From a virus (lineage: Duplodnaviria > Caudoviricetes), in IMG/VR virus record IMGVR_UViG_3300044858_001593, positions 1 through 32,417 of that record: a stretch of DNA of 32,417 bases; one strand, 5' to 3'. The notes beneath the pieces were generated by a model. It had not been told where the DNA came from and made no database searches. It saw only the letters and a program-made list of their open reading frames with translations. Made by a program: the position numbers and the translations under genes. Of this stretch, positions 8,942 through 19,097 are shown one piece after another; position 1 is the first letter of the stretch; each line of letters starts with the position of its first letter.

Positions 8942-8984
8942 GGGGGCCGTTCGCGGCATGGCGGCCCCTGCCTATTTTGTTTTT
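8942..8984 (+). terminator. Probable intrinsic terminator/attenuator after the tail tube gene
   Basis: GGGGGCCG...CGGCCCCT stem followed by TATTTTGTTTTT. Confidence 0.55.
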
Positions 8985-9008
8985 CATGCCGTAACAAGAG
9001 GACTTGTC

Positions 9009-9545
9009 ATGCCGTCGATTAAACTCTATTTCGTGGGTGAACAGAAAGAGATCCCGCTGAAGAACATCATCTCGCGCCGTATCATCAAGGCAGTTGAGAA
9101 CCCCATCGCAACGCTTCGCAGTTTAGGCCAGAACGCGGCTTTCCAGAAGGCCCTGCAGGAATCGCCCAATGCTGCCAAGATCGTTACCTTGTCTGGTGGT
9201 GCTAACTCCGTGCACGCTGCACAGATTGGCAAAGAGATTCGGGAGGCTATCCCGAACATCACAGACAACGATCTGCAGTCGATGGTAACACAGCGCATAC
9301 AATCCGAATTGCTGGAATCATTCCCGAACATCTGGCAAGCGCTGAACAATCCTATCACAGAGTTTCCCCTTGACAACGACGACGCCATCAACGCCTGTAT
9401 TGAGGTGCTGAAGGTCATCATGGACACCAACCAGCTGACCGAAGAACAAAAGACACTCATGTCCGTTTCCGAATTCTGGGAAGACCAAGACCTGACGGAG
9501 GTGGTCGAATCCGTCAAGTGGTTTCGAGGCGTCGCTAAACTCTGA
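9009..9545 (+). CDS. Tail assembly chaperone (gpG-like)
   Basis: Between tail tube and TMP genes; ATG 9009 with GAGGA SD. Confidence 0.7.
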   Translation: MPSIKLYFVGEQKEIPLKNIISRRIIKAVENPIATLRSLGQNAAFQKALQESPNAAKIVTLSGGANSVHAAQIGKEIREAIPNITDNDLQSMVTQRIQSELLESFPNIWQALNNPITEFPLDNDDAINACIEVLKVIMDTNQLTEEQKTLMSVSEFWEDQDLTEVVESVKWFRGVAKL

Positions 9546-9852
9546 GGTCGCAGCAGTCGCTGAGATATATGAAGCCTACGACGTGCTGACGAAAACGCCT
9601 GTTGACGACACGGGCAAACCTTACCCCAAGCGCATCACAGGAACCGACGTAGTGCCAGCACACGAGCACGACGTTCTTATGGCCATCGAGATAGGCAAGT
9701 TGTGGAAAATGACACCCGACGAAGTGGTAGTTTCCCTCACAGCGTCGGAGTTTCTGCGGAGGGTCGCACTTGTGCGGGCTCACTCATGGGATCAACCGAC
9801 CGATTCACAGATAGCTAAGAACAGGCACGAACGCCGAATCGGGAAACGATAA
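9523..9852 (+). CDS. Tail assembly chaperone C-terminal extension (gpT-like), probably reached by +1 frameshift
   Basis: Frame open from 9496 to 9852 and overlapping the gpG 3' end; 'W.MTPDEV...LT..EF' pattern; TAATG coupling to TMP. Confidence 0.65.
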   Translation, partial: FEASLNSEVAAVAEIYEAYDVLTKTPVDDTGKPYPKRITGTDVVPAHEHDVLMAIEIGKLWKMTPDEVVVSLTASEFLRRVALVRAHSWDQPTDSQIAKNRHERRIGKR

Positions 9853-12800
9853 TGGCAGTTTTTAAGAATGAACTTCAACTGGACACTAGCGGTTTTTCAT
9901 CGTCACTGAAGAAAGCCGCTAGTGATTCCAAGACGTCAGCAGATCAGATAAGCAAGGCTCTAAACATCGACGCTGTTGTCGATACCGACGGTGCCAAACA
10001 AAGCCTCAAAAGCCTTGAAAACGTAGCGGAGACAACAGGTAAGAACGCCGCGTCTTCGCTGTCGGATTCTTTCAAGGGTGCGTTTTCTGGTGGTCTTATC
10101 GGTGGCGTTGCTGCACAACTCGGGGGCGTGCTGCAGGAAGGTCTGTCACAGGCCATAGCAGCCGGTTCTAATTTCGAGACCGCCCTGCAGTCGGTATCAG
10201 CTGTAACAGGTGTAACTGGCGACGGACTCAACGATTTGGGCGAACGTGCCAAGGGATTAGCTGAACAGTTTGGAGGATCAGCAACAACACAGCTGGAGGC
10301 TTTCCAGACTGTGTTGTCTAAGTTTGGCCCTGATCTGGCAAGCACACCCGAGGCATTGTCTGCGGTATCCGAGAACGTTAACGTTCTTGCCAAGGCTGCA
10401 GGCCTCGATGCGAAGGCGTCGGTAGATGCTCTCTCAAACTCGATGCTACAGTTCGGCATCGACGCAAGCGATCCGGCGAAACTTGCTGAGGAGTCGGGGC
10501 GCTTTATCAACGTTCTTGCGGCCTCTGCGAAAGTGGGCGCCGCTGAAATCCCACAGGTCGCGGACGCTATCCTGCAGGCTGGTGTCGCTGCTAAGGGTGC
10601 GAACCTATCATTTGAAGAAACGAACGCCGCTATTCAGGCCCTTGCTGTAGGCGGTAAGGTAGGTTCCGAGGCTGGCGTCGGTCTTCGCAACGTTCTGGGT
10701 TTGCTGGTTAAGCAGTCAGGCCCTGGAGAAGAGGCACTCAAAGGCGTCGGTTTGTCTATCAAAGATCTTGGGGAAACACTTACGAAGGAAGGCTTGTCTG
10801 CTGCACTTACAAAACTGCAGGGCGGAATCGACAAACTCGGCACCGATGCGGAGAAAGCAGCGTTTAAGGCTACGTTGTTCGGTACGGAAAACGCGGCTAC
10901 GGCTGGTATCCTGCTGGACAACATCGGCAATATCGAAGCGTTTACAGATGGCGTAACAGGCACCAGCGAGGCCTTCGATCAGGCGGCTAAAAACAACGAC
11001 ACCCTAGCGGCTCGGTTTGATAAGTTCAAGGCTGCCATCGAGGTGGGTTTGATCAACGCATTCCAAACGCTGGCCCCTATCGTTAAGGCAGTGTTTGATA
11101 ACTTCGACGTAATCGGCCCTATCCTCTTAACAGCAGCGGCTGCCGTCGGTGCCTATGCGCTGGCAACTAATGCTGCAGCAATCGGGCAAGGTATAGCAGC
11201 AGCGGCAACGGCAGCATGGAACGCTGTGTTGGCATTAAACCCAATCGGGCTTGTGGCTGTTGCTGTTATTGCAGCTACTGCTGGTATTATAGCTCTTGCT
11301 GATGCTATGAACATTTCAGCCGAGGAGGCTTTAGAAAACGCCGAAGCTGAGAAGAAACTTGTCGAGGAACAAATCAAGGGCAACAAAGAACGCCAGACGA
11401 CGGTGAAACAAACCAAGTCATTGGCTGAACAGTTCACTGAACTTGCCAAGAAAACAAACCGAACGGTCGAAGAGGACAAGAAACTCCAACAGATTCAGGG
11501 CAAGCTGGACGAACAATACCCAGACCTTATCGATCAAACCAAGACGTTCTCGGAAAACCTCGATGGTGTGCAGAAAATCTCTAAACTCACGACTAACGAA
11601 TTAAATAAGTTAGGCGATGAGGCCATCGGTCTGCAGAACAAACTTCGACAGGCTAATCAGACGTTGCTCGCTGCACAGCGTGACGTCGCACTCGAAGAGT
11701 TCAAGGACGTATTTAGTGATATTCTGGGCAACGTCGACAACTTCGCCATTGACTTCGCAAACCGTCTGTATTCAGTCAAGACACAAGAACAGGCGGACAA
11801 GCTACGAATCGCATTTGCTGAGTTTGCAAACCAGAATATCAAGGACGCCAAAGAACGCCTTGATGGTATCACGAAATACAACAACGCCCTCAACGCTCAG
11901 TTAAAAGCACTTGGCAAGGTCGAGGAAGCACAGGCTGCAGCAACTGCGGCCGCTACTCCACCACCTACGCCAACGGCAACGGCTGCTGATGATAAGAAAG
12001 CAGAGAAGGAAACATCACAGTACAAGCTAGCCAAGAAAGCATTAGACGAATATGTGGATAGCCAGAAGACAGCACGCAAGGAATTTGAGCTGACACTGGC
12101 ACGACGTGAGGCTGCTGGCGAAGCTGTTAATGTGAAGTTTGAACTGGAGAAGTTTGACATTGGCCAGCTACAGGATAGGATAACACAAGCACAGGAACTA
12201 CTCCGTATCGAGTTAGGTGCTGACGGCTTGCCTGTCGATACAAAACTTCGTCTATTAAAAGACGAATCTAAAAAAGCTATCCTCGATGACTTCCGCGATC
12301 TGCAAATCGAGGCTGAACTAAAGGGTCTTAAGTTAAAAGGCCCCGCTGATGTTGAGATTACCGAGGTAAACGTAGTTCGGAGGTCTCAACAGAACATAAC
12401 CAAAGCGTTGCAGCGTCAAGTCGAGTTTCTAAAGTTGACAGCGCAGGAACTGGCAATTAAACCAGGCTTAGACGAAACGGCTTTCAAGTCGTTTACAGAT
12501 TCTGCGGTTAAGGGTATAACGGGCATTGACTGGAAAAAGGTATTTGCTAAGCCTACTAAGGCCTCCGAGGAAGCAACAAACAAGATTGTTGCTAACATAA
12601 CCGAGGGTACGCAATCCTATCAGGAGGGCATAGACGAACTGGCTGGCTCACTTGGCAAGGTGCCTAGCCTGTTCGATGCCATACGCCAGCAGATTAACGA
12701 AACATTCCGTGCTCTTACACAGGAAACAATCGGGGCCCTTGCTACTGCATCATCAAGTGCCAAATCATTCGGGGACATCTACGACGAATTGGCTAACGTT

Positions 12801-13388
12801 GCAGGAGCCGCATTTGGGCAGCTGATAACAGAGCAAAAGGACTTCGGCACGGCTTTCCTGCAGATCGCACTCGACACATTGGACGCCTTGGTGCCTATCT
12901 TGGTTGCACAGATTACAGGTATATCTCTTGCCAGTGCTGAGTCCGTAGCTACGGCTGGCGCCTTTGGACTCTTAAAAGCAGCAGCGTTAACTGCCATCCT
13001 CAAGGGTATCGTTGCCGCTGCACGCTCCGCTGTGGCTGGCTTCGCAGACGGTGGTTACACAGGCGACGGTGGTAAGTACACACCGGCTGGTGTTGTCCAC
13101 AAGGGAGAGTTCGTAATCAACAAAGAAAACACTCGCAAATATCGAGGCATCTTAGAACAAATGAACGATGGTAAGTTTCCTCTGGCGTTTCAGGCGCCGG
13201 TGGTTTCTACCGACGTGACGGGTGAAATGTCAGGTATGAGGCAAGAACTGGCTGCCATCCGTAGGCGTCTTGACTCCATGCCGAACGGAATACAGGGACA
13301 GATGGCCGTCGCCGTGGACGTGGGCATGGACACCTATTTATACGAACGTAACAGATACCGCGCCGCCGTGCGTGGTTTGAGAGGTTAA
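9852..13388 (+). CDS. Tape measure protein (TP901-family core)
   Basis: 1178 aa, Ala-rich and helical; '[13 protein letters not shown]', '[12 protein letters not shown]', 'NPIGLVAVA', C-terminal '[22 protein letters not shown]'. Confidence 0.95.
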   Translation: MAVFKNELQLDTSGFSSSLKKAASDSKTSADQISKALNIDAVVDTDGAKQSLKSLENVAETTGKNAASSLSDSFKGAFSGGLIGGVAAQLGGVLQEGLSQAIAAGSNFETALQSVSAVTGVTGDGLNDLGERAKGLAEQFGGSATTQLEAFQTVLSKFGPDLASTPEALSAVSENVNVLAKAAGLDAKASVDALSNSMLQFGIDASDPAKLAEESGRFINVLAASAKVGAAEIPQVADAILQAGVAAKGANLSFEETNAAIQALAVGGKVGSEAGVGLRNVLGLLVKQSGPGEEALKGVGLSIKDLGETLTKEGLSAALTKLQGGIDKLGTDAEKAAFKATLFGTENAATAGILLDNIGNIEAFTDGVTGTSEAFDQAAKNNDTLAARFDKFKAAIEVGLINAFQTLAPIVKAVFDNFDVIGPILLTAAAAVGAYALATNAAAIGQGIAAAATAAWNAVLALNPIGLVAVAVIAATAGIIALADAMNISAEEALENAEAEKKLVEEQIKGNKERQTTVKQTKSLAEQFTELAKKTNRTVEEDKKLQQIQGKLDEQYPDLIDQTKTFSENLDGVQKISKLTTNELNKLGDEAIGLQNKLRQANQTLLAAQRDVALEEFKDVFSDILGNVDNFAIDFANRLYSVKTQEQADKLRIAFAEFANQNIKDAKERLDGITKYNNALNAQLKALGKVEEAQAAATAAATPPPTPTATAADDKKAEKETSQYKLAKKALDEYVDSQKTARKEFELTLARREAAGEAVNVKFELEKFDIGQLQDRITQAQELLRIELGADGLPVDTKLRLLKDESKKAILDDFRDLQIEAELKGLKLKGPADVEITEVNVVRRSQQNITKALQRQVEFLKLTAQELAIKPGLDETAFKSFTDSAVKGITGIDWKKVFAKPTKASEEATNKIVANITEGTQSYQEGIDELAGSLGKVPSLFDAIRQQINETFRALTQETIGALATASSSAKSFGDIYDELANVAGAAFGQLITEQKDFGTAFLQIALDTLDALVPILVAQITGISLASAESVATAGAFGLLKAAALTAILKGIVAAARSAVAGFADGGYTGDGGKYTPAGVVHKGEFVINKENTRKYRGILEQMNDGKFPLAFQAPVVSTDVTGEMSGMRQELAAIRRRLDSMPNGIQGQMAVAVDVGMDTYLYERNRYRAAVRGLRG

Positions 13389-13389
13389 C

Positions 13390-13902
13390 ATGGCAGGCAA
13401 CAGTTCATGGCAGATGTATTTATACGCGGCCAACGAAGACACATCATCGACCGCATACGACACGGTAGCAGCTTCGTCGCTGACCTCCTTGTCAGGCTAT
13501 GCTAATATCACAACATCACTGCCCAATGGTTCCTGTCCTATCCTAGCACCGGCTGAAGATGCAGAGTTCGAAACGTCTACTCTAGTCGACATCGGAGGTG
13601 GCACCATCGGCACGGCGAACAGGCGCACGATCTGGACTGTCGAGTGCTGGCCGTTTCTGTTTGACGCCTCAACTACCGAAACAGATCTTGATGATTACTT
13701 CGCCTTGTCCGATGGCATCAACGGCAAGAGATACCTCTGGGTTCGTTTCACGGCAGGATCACGGACAAGCCCCACAACATCGGGGCACGTCTACCCTGTC
13801 GTGCTGGAGTCATGGCAGGGTTCGCTGAATAAGGAATTCGGGAACCGTAATTTGACTCTAGCGTTTAAGCATCGTTTCCGCCAAGCATCGAGTTTGATAT
13901 AA
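13390..13902 (+). CDS. Putative distal tail protein
   Basis: Position right after TMP, 170 aa, GAGG SD. Confidence 0.5.
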   Translation: MAGNSSWQMYLYAANEDTSSTAYDTVAASSLTSLSGYANITTSLPNGSCPILAPAEDAEFETSTLVDIGGGTIGTANRRTIWTVECWPFLFDASTTETDLDDYFALSDGINGKRYLWVRFTAGSRTSPTTSGHVYPVVLESWQGSLNKEFGNRNLTLAFKHRFRQASSLI

Positions 13903-15656
13903 TGGCAATCTACCGACTATCACGAACGTTACCTAACGGCTGGCGTATACGTCTGGATCTTGTACCCTATGACGAGAACCTTAACGGTACCGTAACGGCC
14001 CTTGGTGACGTTTGTTTGCTTGAACTGGGCTCACAGACGGCTGAATTTGAAACGCTGCCCTACGGGCTCGTAAAGCCCCAAACTCTTAAGTTCAAACTGG
14101 CATGGTCGATGCTGCCATCAGCCGTGCAGGATTATATCGAGGACAGCGTAGATCCGGCTGCGCCGGACAAGTGCAACCTGTGGGTTCTCTATTCCGATCG
14201 TGGCACTTCAGGTGCGACGTACACCGTCGAATATGCAGGCGTTGAGGATAACGTCGAAGCTGTGCAATTAGAGCCCCTTGATGACGGCTCCTATGGCTAC
14301 AACGTTGAACTTGTCGACTATGTATTCCATGCCATGAAAACCCTCACCGGCAATCAAGTATTTAATGGCAAGATAGGCGCACACCGTCCACCCGAAACAG
14401 AGGTGTTCCAGTTCCTGCTTCGTAACCTTGTCGGTAGGAATCAAAAGCATTTAAGCCCAGGGCGTGTGCTTGCTGATACCTTCGCAACGATCATGGGCTA
14501 CATACGCACCGCAATGGGCACGCACATAAAAACAAACTATGCGCGTACTACCTTTGGCTCTTCGGGGTCACTCTTTGATTTTAACACGCTCGATAAACTA
14601 ATCGAGGCGGCAATCGAATTGTACACGATGGGATTAGACAACGAACCGCGTACAATATCGACAGCCGTAACTTCCCAAACCTCGTACCTTACAACAAACA
14701 TCAGCAAAGACTCTTATGGTGGAGCAACAATCGGTGGCCTCTACAGCCTAGGGGATAACTTCGCCTGGGGGCGCCGTGATGTTACTGTATACGACATCAT
14801 CCGTGATCTCTGCGAAACACTTGGTGTGAAGGCTTCCTACAATTTCGAGGCTAAGACACAAAGTGGCAATATCTACATTGATGCTAACTGGTATGTTAAG
14901 CGCATAGCATCGTCACTAGGCTACGCCAACAACGTAGACACGACCGACGCAACACTATCCCTAAACCAGTCGCTGGCATTACCTACAATCATTAAGCGTG
15001 GGGATAACATAGCCAAGGCCGAATCACGATATGAGACGAGCCATCAAGAGGACGCTACCGAGATAGTACGTCTTAAAAAAGGCGCTCGCTCCTCACGGTC
15101 AATGAACATCGAGCCCATCATTCACAACGTGCCTGTATACATGACGGATTACGACGATGAGAACGGACGCACCGAAGTGTATAAGCAGACGAACCAGATA
15201 CTGTTCAAAGCCAACAACGGATCGCTAGTCAAGGTGCACGAGACCACGAAATACTGGTATGGCCCCAAGTCGACGCAATGGGTGAAGATCTCCTCGCCTG
15301 CATCGGATAAACCAGAATTTCAAGACGACGAATCGCAAGAAAAATACCGTGTTCAGCTGGCTGCTATGCAGGCTCAAACCTCGATGCCGGCTGCACTGTG
15401 TTTGCTGCACTTGCACGTCTTTGCGGATGAGAACAACGCCACATGTGAAACCGAATGGAACTACACCAAATCAACGGCATTACTGCCATCGGCACTATGT
15501 GGCAGGCACACATTGACAGATTCGGTCGTCGATATTTTCGATTCGATTAACTGGGATTATGCACTGCCAACGTCCATATCCGTTGACTGGTTTGCTTCAA
15601 CGTCTAAAATCAATTATTACGTGCTAGCACCGACAACATCTCAGGAACTAACGTAA
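13902..15656 (+). CDS. Putative tail tip/hub protein
   Basis: 584 aa, second gene after TMP, TAATG coupling. Confidence 0.55.
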   Translation: MAIYRLSRTLPNGWRIRLDLVPYDENLNGTVTALGDVCLLELGSQTAEFETLPYGLVKPQTLKFKLAWSMLPSAVQDYIEDSVDPAAPDKCNLWVLYSDRGTSGATYTVEYAGVEDNVEAVQLEPLDDGSYGYNVELVDYVFHAMKTLTGNQVFNGKIGAHRPPETEVFQFLLRNLVGRNQKHLSPGRVLADTFATIMGYIRTAMGTHIKTNYARTTFGSSGSLFDFNTLDKLIEAAIELYTMGLDNEPRTISTAVTSQTSYLTTNISKDSYGGATIGGLYSLGDNFAWGRRDVTVYDIIRDLCETLGVKASYNFEAKTQSGNIYIDANWYVKRIASSLGYANNVDTTDATLSLNQSLALPTIIKRGDNIAKAESRYETSHQEDATEIVRLKKGARSSRSMNIEPIIHNVPVYMTDYDDENGRTEVYKQTNQILFKANNGSLVKVHETTKYWYGPKSTQWVKISSPASDKPEFQDDESQEKYRVQLAAMQAQTSMPAALCLLHLHVFADENNATCETEWNYTKSTALLPSALCGRHTLTDSVVDIFDSINWDYALPTSISVDWFASTSKINYYVLAPTTSQELT

Positions 15657-16462
15657 TGCCTATCAACGACCCCGTTAACAATCGCAAGATAGCACCGGCT
15701 TCGCTGGCATTCGAACGTCGTAGGCAGACCTTCGGCACATACTATGCAGGCGAAGAAACTGATGGCGATGTATACAATTACCAGTATTACATCGACTATA
15801 ACTACAATGTAACGTTTAACAACATCGTCACTAAACAGTACCTGATAACACAGACCGATGCCAACATGAAGGCCATGGCCAACAGCGAGCACAGGTCGAA
15901 GCATTGGGTGGGCGATTACAAGCAGTCTTTCCAATGGGATTTAAACGGCAACTGGTCGTTCATGACGGACGTGTACACACCTGTTCCGTTTAACAATGAG
16001 TTCCTGCGGACGCAAGGCATTCAAAACGAATCACTAGACTATGACGACACCTGGTCATTCCGACCAACCGATCAGAACAAAGGCGTCTGGTGGGTGCATA
16101 CCTACGTGCAGATCAGGTACTCAAACACGTCACAGATTGACGAAGCACGTCTTGCGTATTTCGTAAACGGTGTGATGTTTCGTATCATTGACATGGTTGA
16201 CTATCACAACATGGGAGACGGGCCACACATCCGTGACGCTAGGCTGATGGGTGGGGCACACATCCCACTCCGTGCTGGTGACAAGCTCGAAGTCAAAATG
16301 ATAGCAAGAACAGGCGGGCCCTCGGAAGAGGCAGGTGTTCTGTTCCCGTCGTCCATCTATGCCTACATTACAGGCCATCGTGAGAACTGCGAATTGAACA
16401 CAACGGGCAACACAGCCACAGACGGCAACGAGTACGTCTTTTACAAGGGCGCCCAGCCTTAA
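15656..16462 (+). CDS. Putative receptor-binding/tail tip protein with C1q/TNF-like C-terminal domain
   Basis: 'VPFNNE...YD...F.P...GVWWVHTYVQI...LRAGDKLEV' resembles the gC1q strand pattern. Confidence 0.55.
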   Translation: MPINDPVNNRKIAPASLAFERRRQTFGTYYAGEETDGDVYNYQYYIDYNYNVTFNNIVTKQYLITQTDANMKAMANSEHRSKHWVGDYKQSFQWDLNGNWSFMTDVYTPVPFNNEFLRTQGIQNESLDYDDTWSFRPTDQNKGVWWVHTYVQIRYSNTSQIDEARLAYFVNGVMFRIIDMVDYHNMGDGPHIRDARLMGGAHIPLRAGDKLEVKMIARTGGPSEEAGVLFPSSIYAYITGHRENCELNTTGNTATDGNEYVFYKGAQP

Positions 16463-16490
16463 TAACTGAAACTAATTACAAGGAATTATC

Positions 16491-17030
16491 ATGTCCTGCT
16501 TACCCAATACGCCAGTAGCTGCCAACGTCTTATCAGCTACTAACTCTACAGATCACGGCTGGCAAAATACCGGCACGGTTATAACGACGGCATTGAGCCA
16601 ATACTATCCGGTCATGGCGTCTGTTATTACCCTCACGGGTCTTGCCCAGACGACACAACAGCACGCGATCATCCGTCAAATCGAGTTTGAAGAGACCGCG
16701 TCGAGCTCTGCGAACATCAAGAAATGCCCTCTGATTGTGCTGCTGTACAACTCGACAGCGCCGACGACGCCTACATCGGGTGCTGTCTACAACGGATCGA
16801 CGACAAACCTACTGGGGGCGTTTACTATTGCAGACACCGACTATAAGCGTGTATCTGATACGGTCTGGATTGCTGGCATCAATCCTGACAAGTACGTTCG
16901 CACAGGCACGGTGTCGACGTCTTCGACATTCTACGCTGTGGTGCTTTCAAACTCAGCGACAAGTGTAACCTATGCCGCAAGTGCTGCAGCGCGTATACGC
17001 GTGTTTACGGAGGCACTGACGGCATTATGA
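16491..17030 (+). CDS. Ser/Thr-rich hypothetical, probably virion-associated
   Basis: AAGGA SD, 179 aa beta-rich, at the end of the tail module. Confidence 0.6.
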   Translation: MSCLPNTPVAANVLSATNSTDHGWQNTGTVITTALSQYYPVMASVITLTGLAQTTQQHAIIRQIEFEETASSSANIKKCPLIVLLYNSTAPTTPTSGAVYNGSTTNLLGAFTIADTDYKRVSDTVWIAGINPDKYVRTGTVSTSSTFYAVVLSNSATSVTYAASAAARIRVFTEALTAL

Positions 17031-17158
17031 GAGAACACATAATGTTAATGCTTCGTGCAATCGAGGCGCTGCTCAATTATCAGATGGAACCTGTGCGCCG
17101 TGCTGAGTTGTTAAACCAGCACAAGGTGTGGACGGAACGGCTCAAGACAATCAAGTAA
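17027..17158 (+). CDS. 43-aa hypothetical protein (not in ORF track)
   Basis: ATGA-coupled ORF MREHIMLML...RLKTIK ending just before the terminator; GGAGG upstream. Confidence 0.55.
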   Translation: MREHIMLMLRAIEALLNYQMEPVRRAELLNQHKVWTERLKTIK

Positions 17159-17162
17159 ATAG

Positions 17163-17199
17163 AAAGCCCGAAAAAATTTTTTCGGGTTTTTTATTTTTT
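17163..17199 (+). terminator. End-of-late-operon intrinsic terminator (possibly bidirectional)
   Basis: Perfect palindrome CCCGAAAAAATTTTTTCGGG (17167-17186) followed by a long T tract. Confidence 0.8.
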
Positions 17200-17201
17200 G
17201 C

Positions 17202-17250
17202 TTGCATTGCAAATAAATATCCCGTAGATTGCACACAACAAACAACCACA
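17202..17250 (+). promoter_or_regulatory. Putative early promoter 1
   Basis: TTGCAT-17 bp-TAGATT, then an ACAAACAACCAC leader; first position after the late terminator. Confidence 0.55.
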
Positions 17251-17268
17251 GTATACACGGAGACGACG

Positions 17269-17463
17269 ATGAACGACTACACAGTAGATATGGCTTACAA
17301 GTACGCAACACTTAACGATGCACAATTCGCGGCCGCTGTCATGGAACTCATTGCAGCACACAAGGAAGGCAAAGCCTCGGATGCCGTTATCGAATGGCTT
17401 TATGTTGTAGCTAAAACACGCCAGCGCCTAATCAACGACAGCAAGACAGCCCATTCAAACTGA
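17269..17463 (+). CDS. Early hypothetical protein (64 aa)
   Basis: ATG 17269 preceded by ACACGGAG; the ORF-track start at 17128 would run through the terminator. Confidence 0.7.
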   Translation: MNDYTVDMAYKYATLNDAQFAAAVMELIAAHKEGKASDAVIEWLYVVAKTRQRLINDSKTAHSN

Positions 17464-17506
17464 TGGGCTGTTAAGAAACACAACCACCAACCACACGGAG
17501 ACCACA

Positions 17507-17650
17507 ATGAAGACACCTATTTACAAGGCTTTTATCCTGACGTCATCAGGTAAGAAAGTTGAAGGCTACGGCAAGACTATGATGGCAGCCTGCCTAGATG
17601 CCAAGGCCAAAGCCGAGGCGCAAGCCAAGGCGAAAGGCGGTGCAAAATGA
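17507..17650 (+). CDS. 47-aa basic early protein (not in ORF track)
   Basis: ACACGGAG RBS; MKTPIYKAF...AKAKGGAK; ATGA coupling to the next gene. Confidence 0.65.
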   Translation: MKTPIYKAFILTSSGKKVEGYGKTMMAACLDAKAKAEAQAKAKGGAK

Positions 17651-17832
17651 GCATCTCCACCGAACGCTTCGTAACCCTCCACATCGAGCTGTTCAAGATC
17701 AGCAACAGGCTGTGTGACCTTGCCAAATCCCTTGAATGCGAGGGTGTTGGATATAGCGTAGAGTTATGGGAAATCATCGATGAGATCTCGGTGGCTGCAG
17801 CTAATTCGTTAGACGAAACTAAAACGCCATGA
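17647..17832 (+). CDS. Hypothetical protein
   Basis: ATGA-coupled at both ends. Confidence 0.65.
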   Translation: MSISTERFVTLHIELFKISNRLCDLAKSLECEGVGYSVELWEIIDEISVAAANSLDETKTP

Positions 17833-18506
17833 TCACCGCCCTTGGCTACTGCCACAAGAGCCGCGCACATTACACGCCTCACGAACGGGTGTTTCTGGCC
17901 TCACTACGTGAATACAAACCACGTGATGTGGAGGTATTCCGCCAGCACTCGCTCGGTAACTTCGGGACAAGCTACAATGCCCTGGTAGATACGATGATCC
18001 GTGGAGGGCATAGGACCTTTGCCATCGCCAACGACGACATCGTGCTTCGCCCTGATAGCTTCCAACTGCTGAACGAAGACATTGAGATCTGCCAGGGAGA
18101 ACAACGGCACTGGGGAGTTATAGCATCACGTGCTGACTACGTGAGGATGGGCCCACAGAACATACGTTTCACATACGGCATGGAACAACAGAGGACAATC
18201 CAGAACCCGCAAGAACTGCAAATCATCGCAGTGCCTAGCGTGGCTCCTCTGCTGGCTGTCTACACTCGTGAGACGTGGGTGGACTTTCCACCGATCAATT
18301 TTTACAGTGACGATGTGCAGTGCTTCGACATCCGCCAGCGTGGGTATGAGGTGTTCGTGTCCAGGTCATACGTCCATCACGTCGGTTCGCAGACATTGGG
18401 AATTGCCAATTACGAAGAGGATGCGAAAAATTCTCGAGAGTGGCTTTTGGAAAATCGAAAAGATTTCGTTAGTATTGCAATGCAAACAAACAACCACGGT
18501 AGATAA
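17829..18506 (+). CDS. Glycosyltransferase family 2-like
   Basis: 'NFG.SYN', 'IANDDI', 'FYSDDVQC....RGY', 'YVHHVGSQT'. Confidence 0.8.
   Translation: MITALGYCHKSRAHYTPHERVFLASLREYKPRDVEVFRQHSLGNFGTSYNALVDTMIRGGHRTFAIANDDIVLRPDSFQLLNEDIEICQGEQRHWGVIASRADYVRMGPQNIRFTYGMEQQRTIQNPQELQIIAVPSVAPLLAVYTRETWVDFPPINFYSDDVQCFDIRQRGYEVFVSRSYVHHVGSQTLGIANYEEDAKNSREWLLENRKDFVSIAMQTNNHGR
18447..18498 (+). promoter_or_regulatory. Putative early promoter 2 (inside the 3' end of the GT gene)
   Basis: TTGGAA-17 bp-TAGTAT followed by TGCA and ACAAACAACCAC, like promoter 1. Confidence 0.45.
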
Positions 18507-18537
18507 CCTACCAACACACAAATTACACGGAGTTTTT

Positions 18538-18753
18538 ATGCGACTCAGCATTGAGTTCAAAACCGGACGCTACGATGGGAACCTATGGTTCCGCGTCACA
18601 CCTCGCATCGACGGATCACATCGTCAACGCCTTCTAACTGTTGGCGTGTTCCTGACAGTTCTAACAATCGGCATGTTCGCCCTGGCTGGCACTATATCGC
18701 CAGACCCGATGATCAAACCAGACCAAACCGTAACCTTGTGGGGGCAACGATGA
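18538..18753 (+). CDS. Small membrane protein
   Basis: ACACGGAG RBS before ATG 18538; one TM helix. Confidence 0.65.
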   Translation: MRLSIEFKTGRYDGNLWFRVTPRIDGSHRQRLLTVGVFLTVLTIGMFALAGTISPDPMIKPDQTVTLWGQR

Positions 18754-19097
18754 ATAAGCAAGATAAACTGTTGAATGCCTATGAACTGCTGGCAATAGCA
18801 GCACAGGCATACTGGGAAGACTATTACGTCAACCACGGCCCCGATGAGAACGTTACTTACAAGCTGCACTGTGAACTTGAGAACTGTCTACATTTAGTCA
18901 ATAGCATCAAGGCATCGCAGTTTGAATACCACGTCGTTGAGTTCACAGATCCTGATGCATACTGTCCACCTCGGCCGCAGTGGACTCTCCACAGAGTCTA
19001 TGGTAATGGCGATGTGTTAAAAACAACACAATTTTTTGTCCATAAGGATAATGCTGAACGAGCCTGCAAAGAACTGAACGAGGTGTTCCATGACTGA
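18750..19097 (+). CDS. Hypothetical protein
   Basis: ATGA-coupled start MNKQDKLL. Confidence 0.65.
   Translation: MNKQDKLLNAYELLAIAAQAYWEDYYVNHGPDENVTYKLHCELENCLHLVNSIKASQFEYHVVEFTDPDAYCPPRPQWTLHRVYGNGDVLKTTQFFVHKDNAERACKELNEVFHD

Noticed and set aside
9944-13003. Long minus-strand ORFs opposite the tape measure gene (also opposite portal, MCP and the Gly-rich gene)
   Set aside because: Antisense shadows of codon-biased genes; no RBS or domain motifs.
17128-17268. Upstream-extended starts in the ORF track (17128; likewise 8940, 18268, 18585, 20352, 22337, 25862)
   Set aside because: They cross terminators or other genes; downstream starts have clear RBS or coupling.
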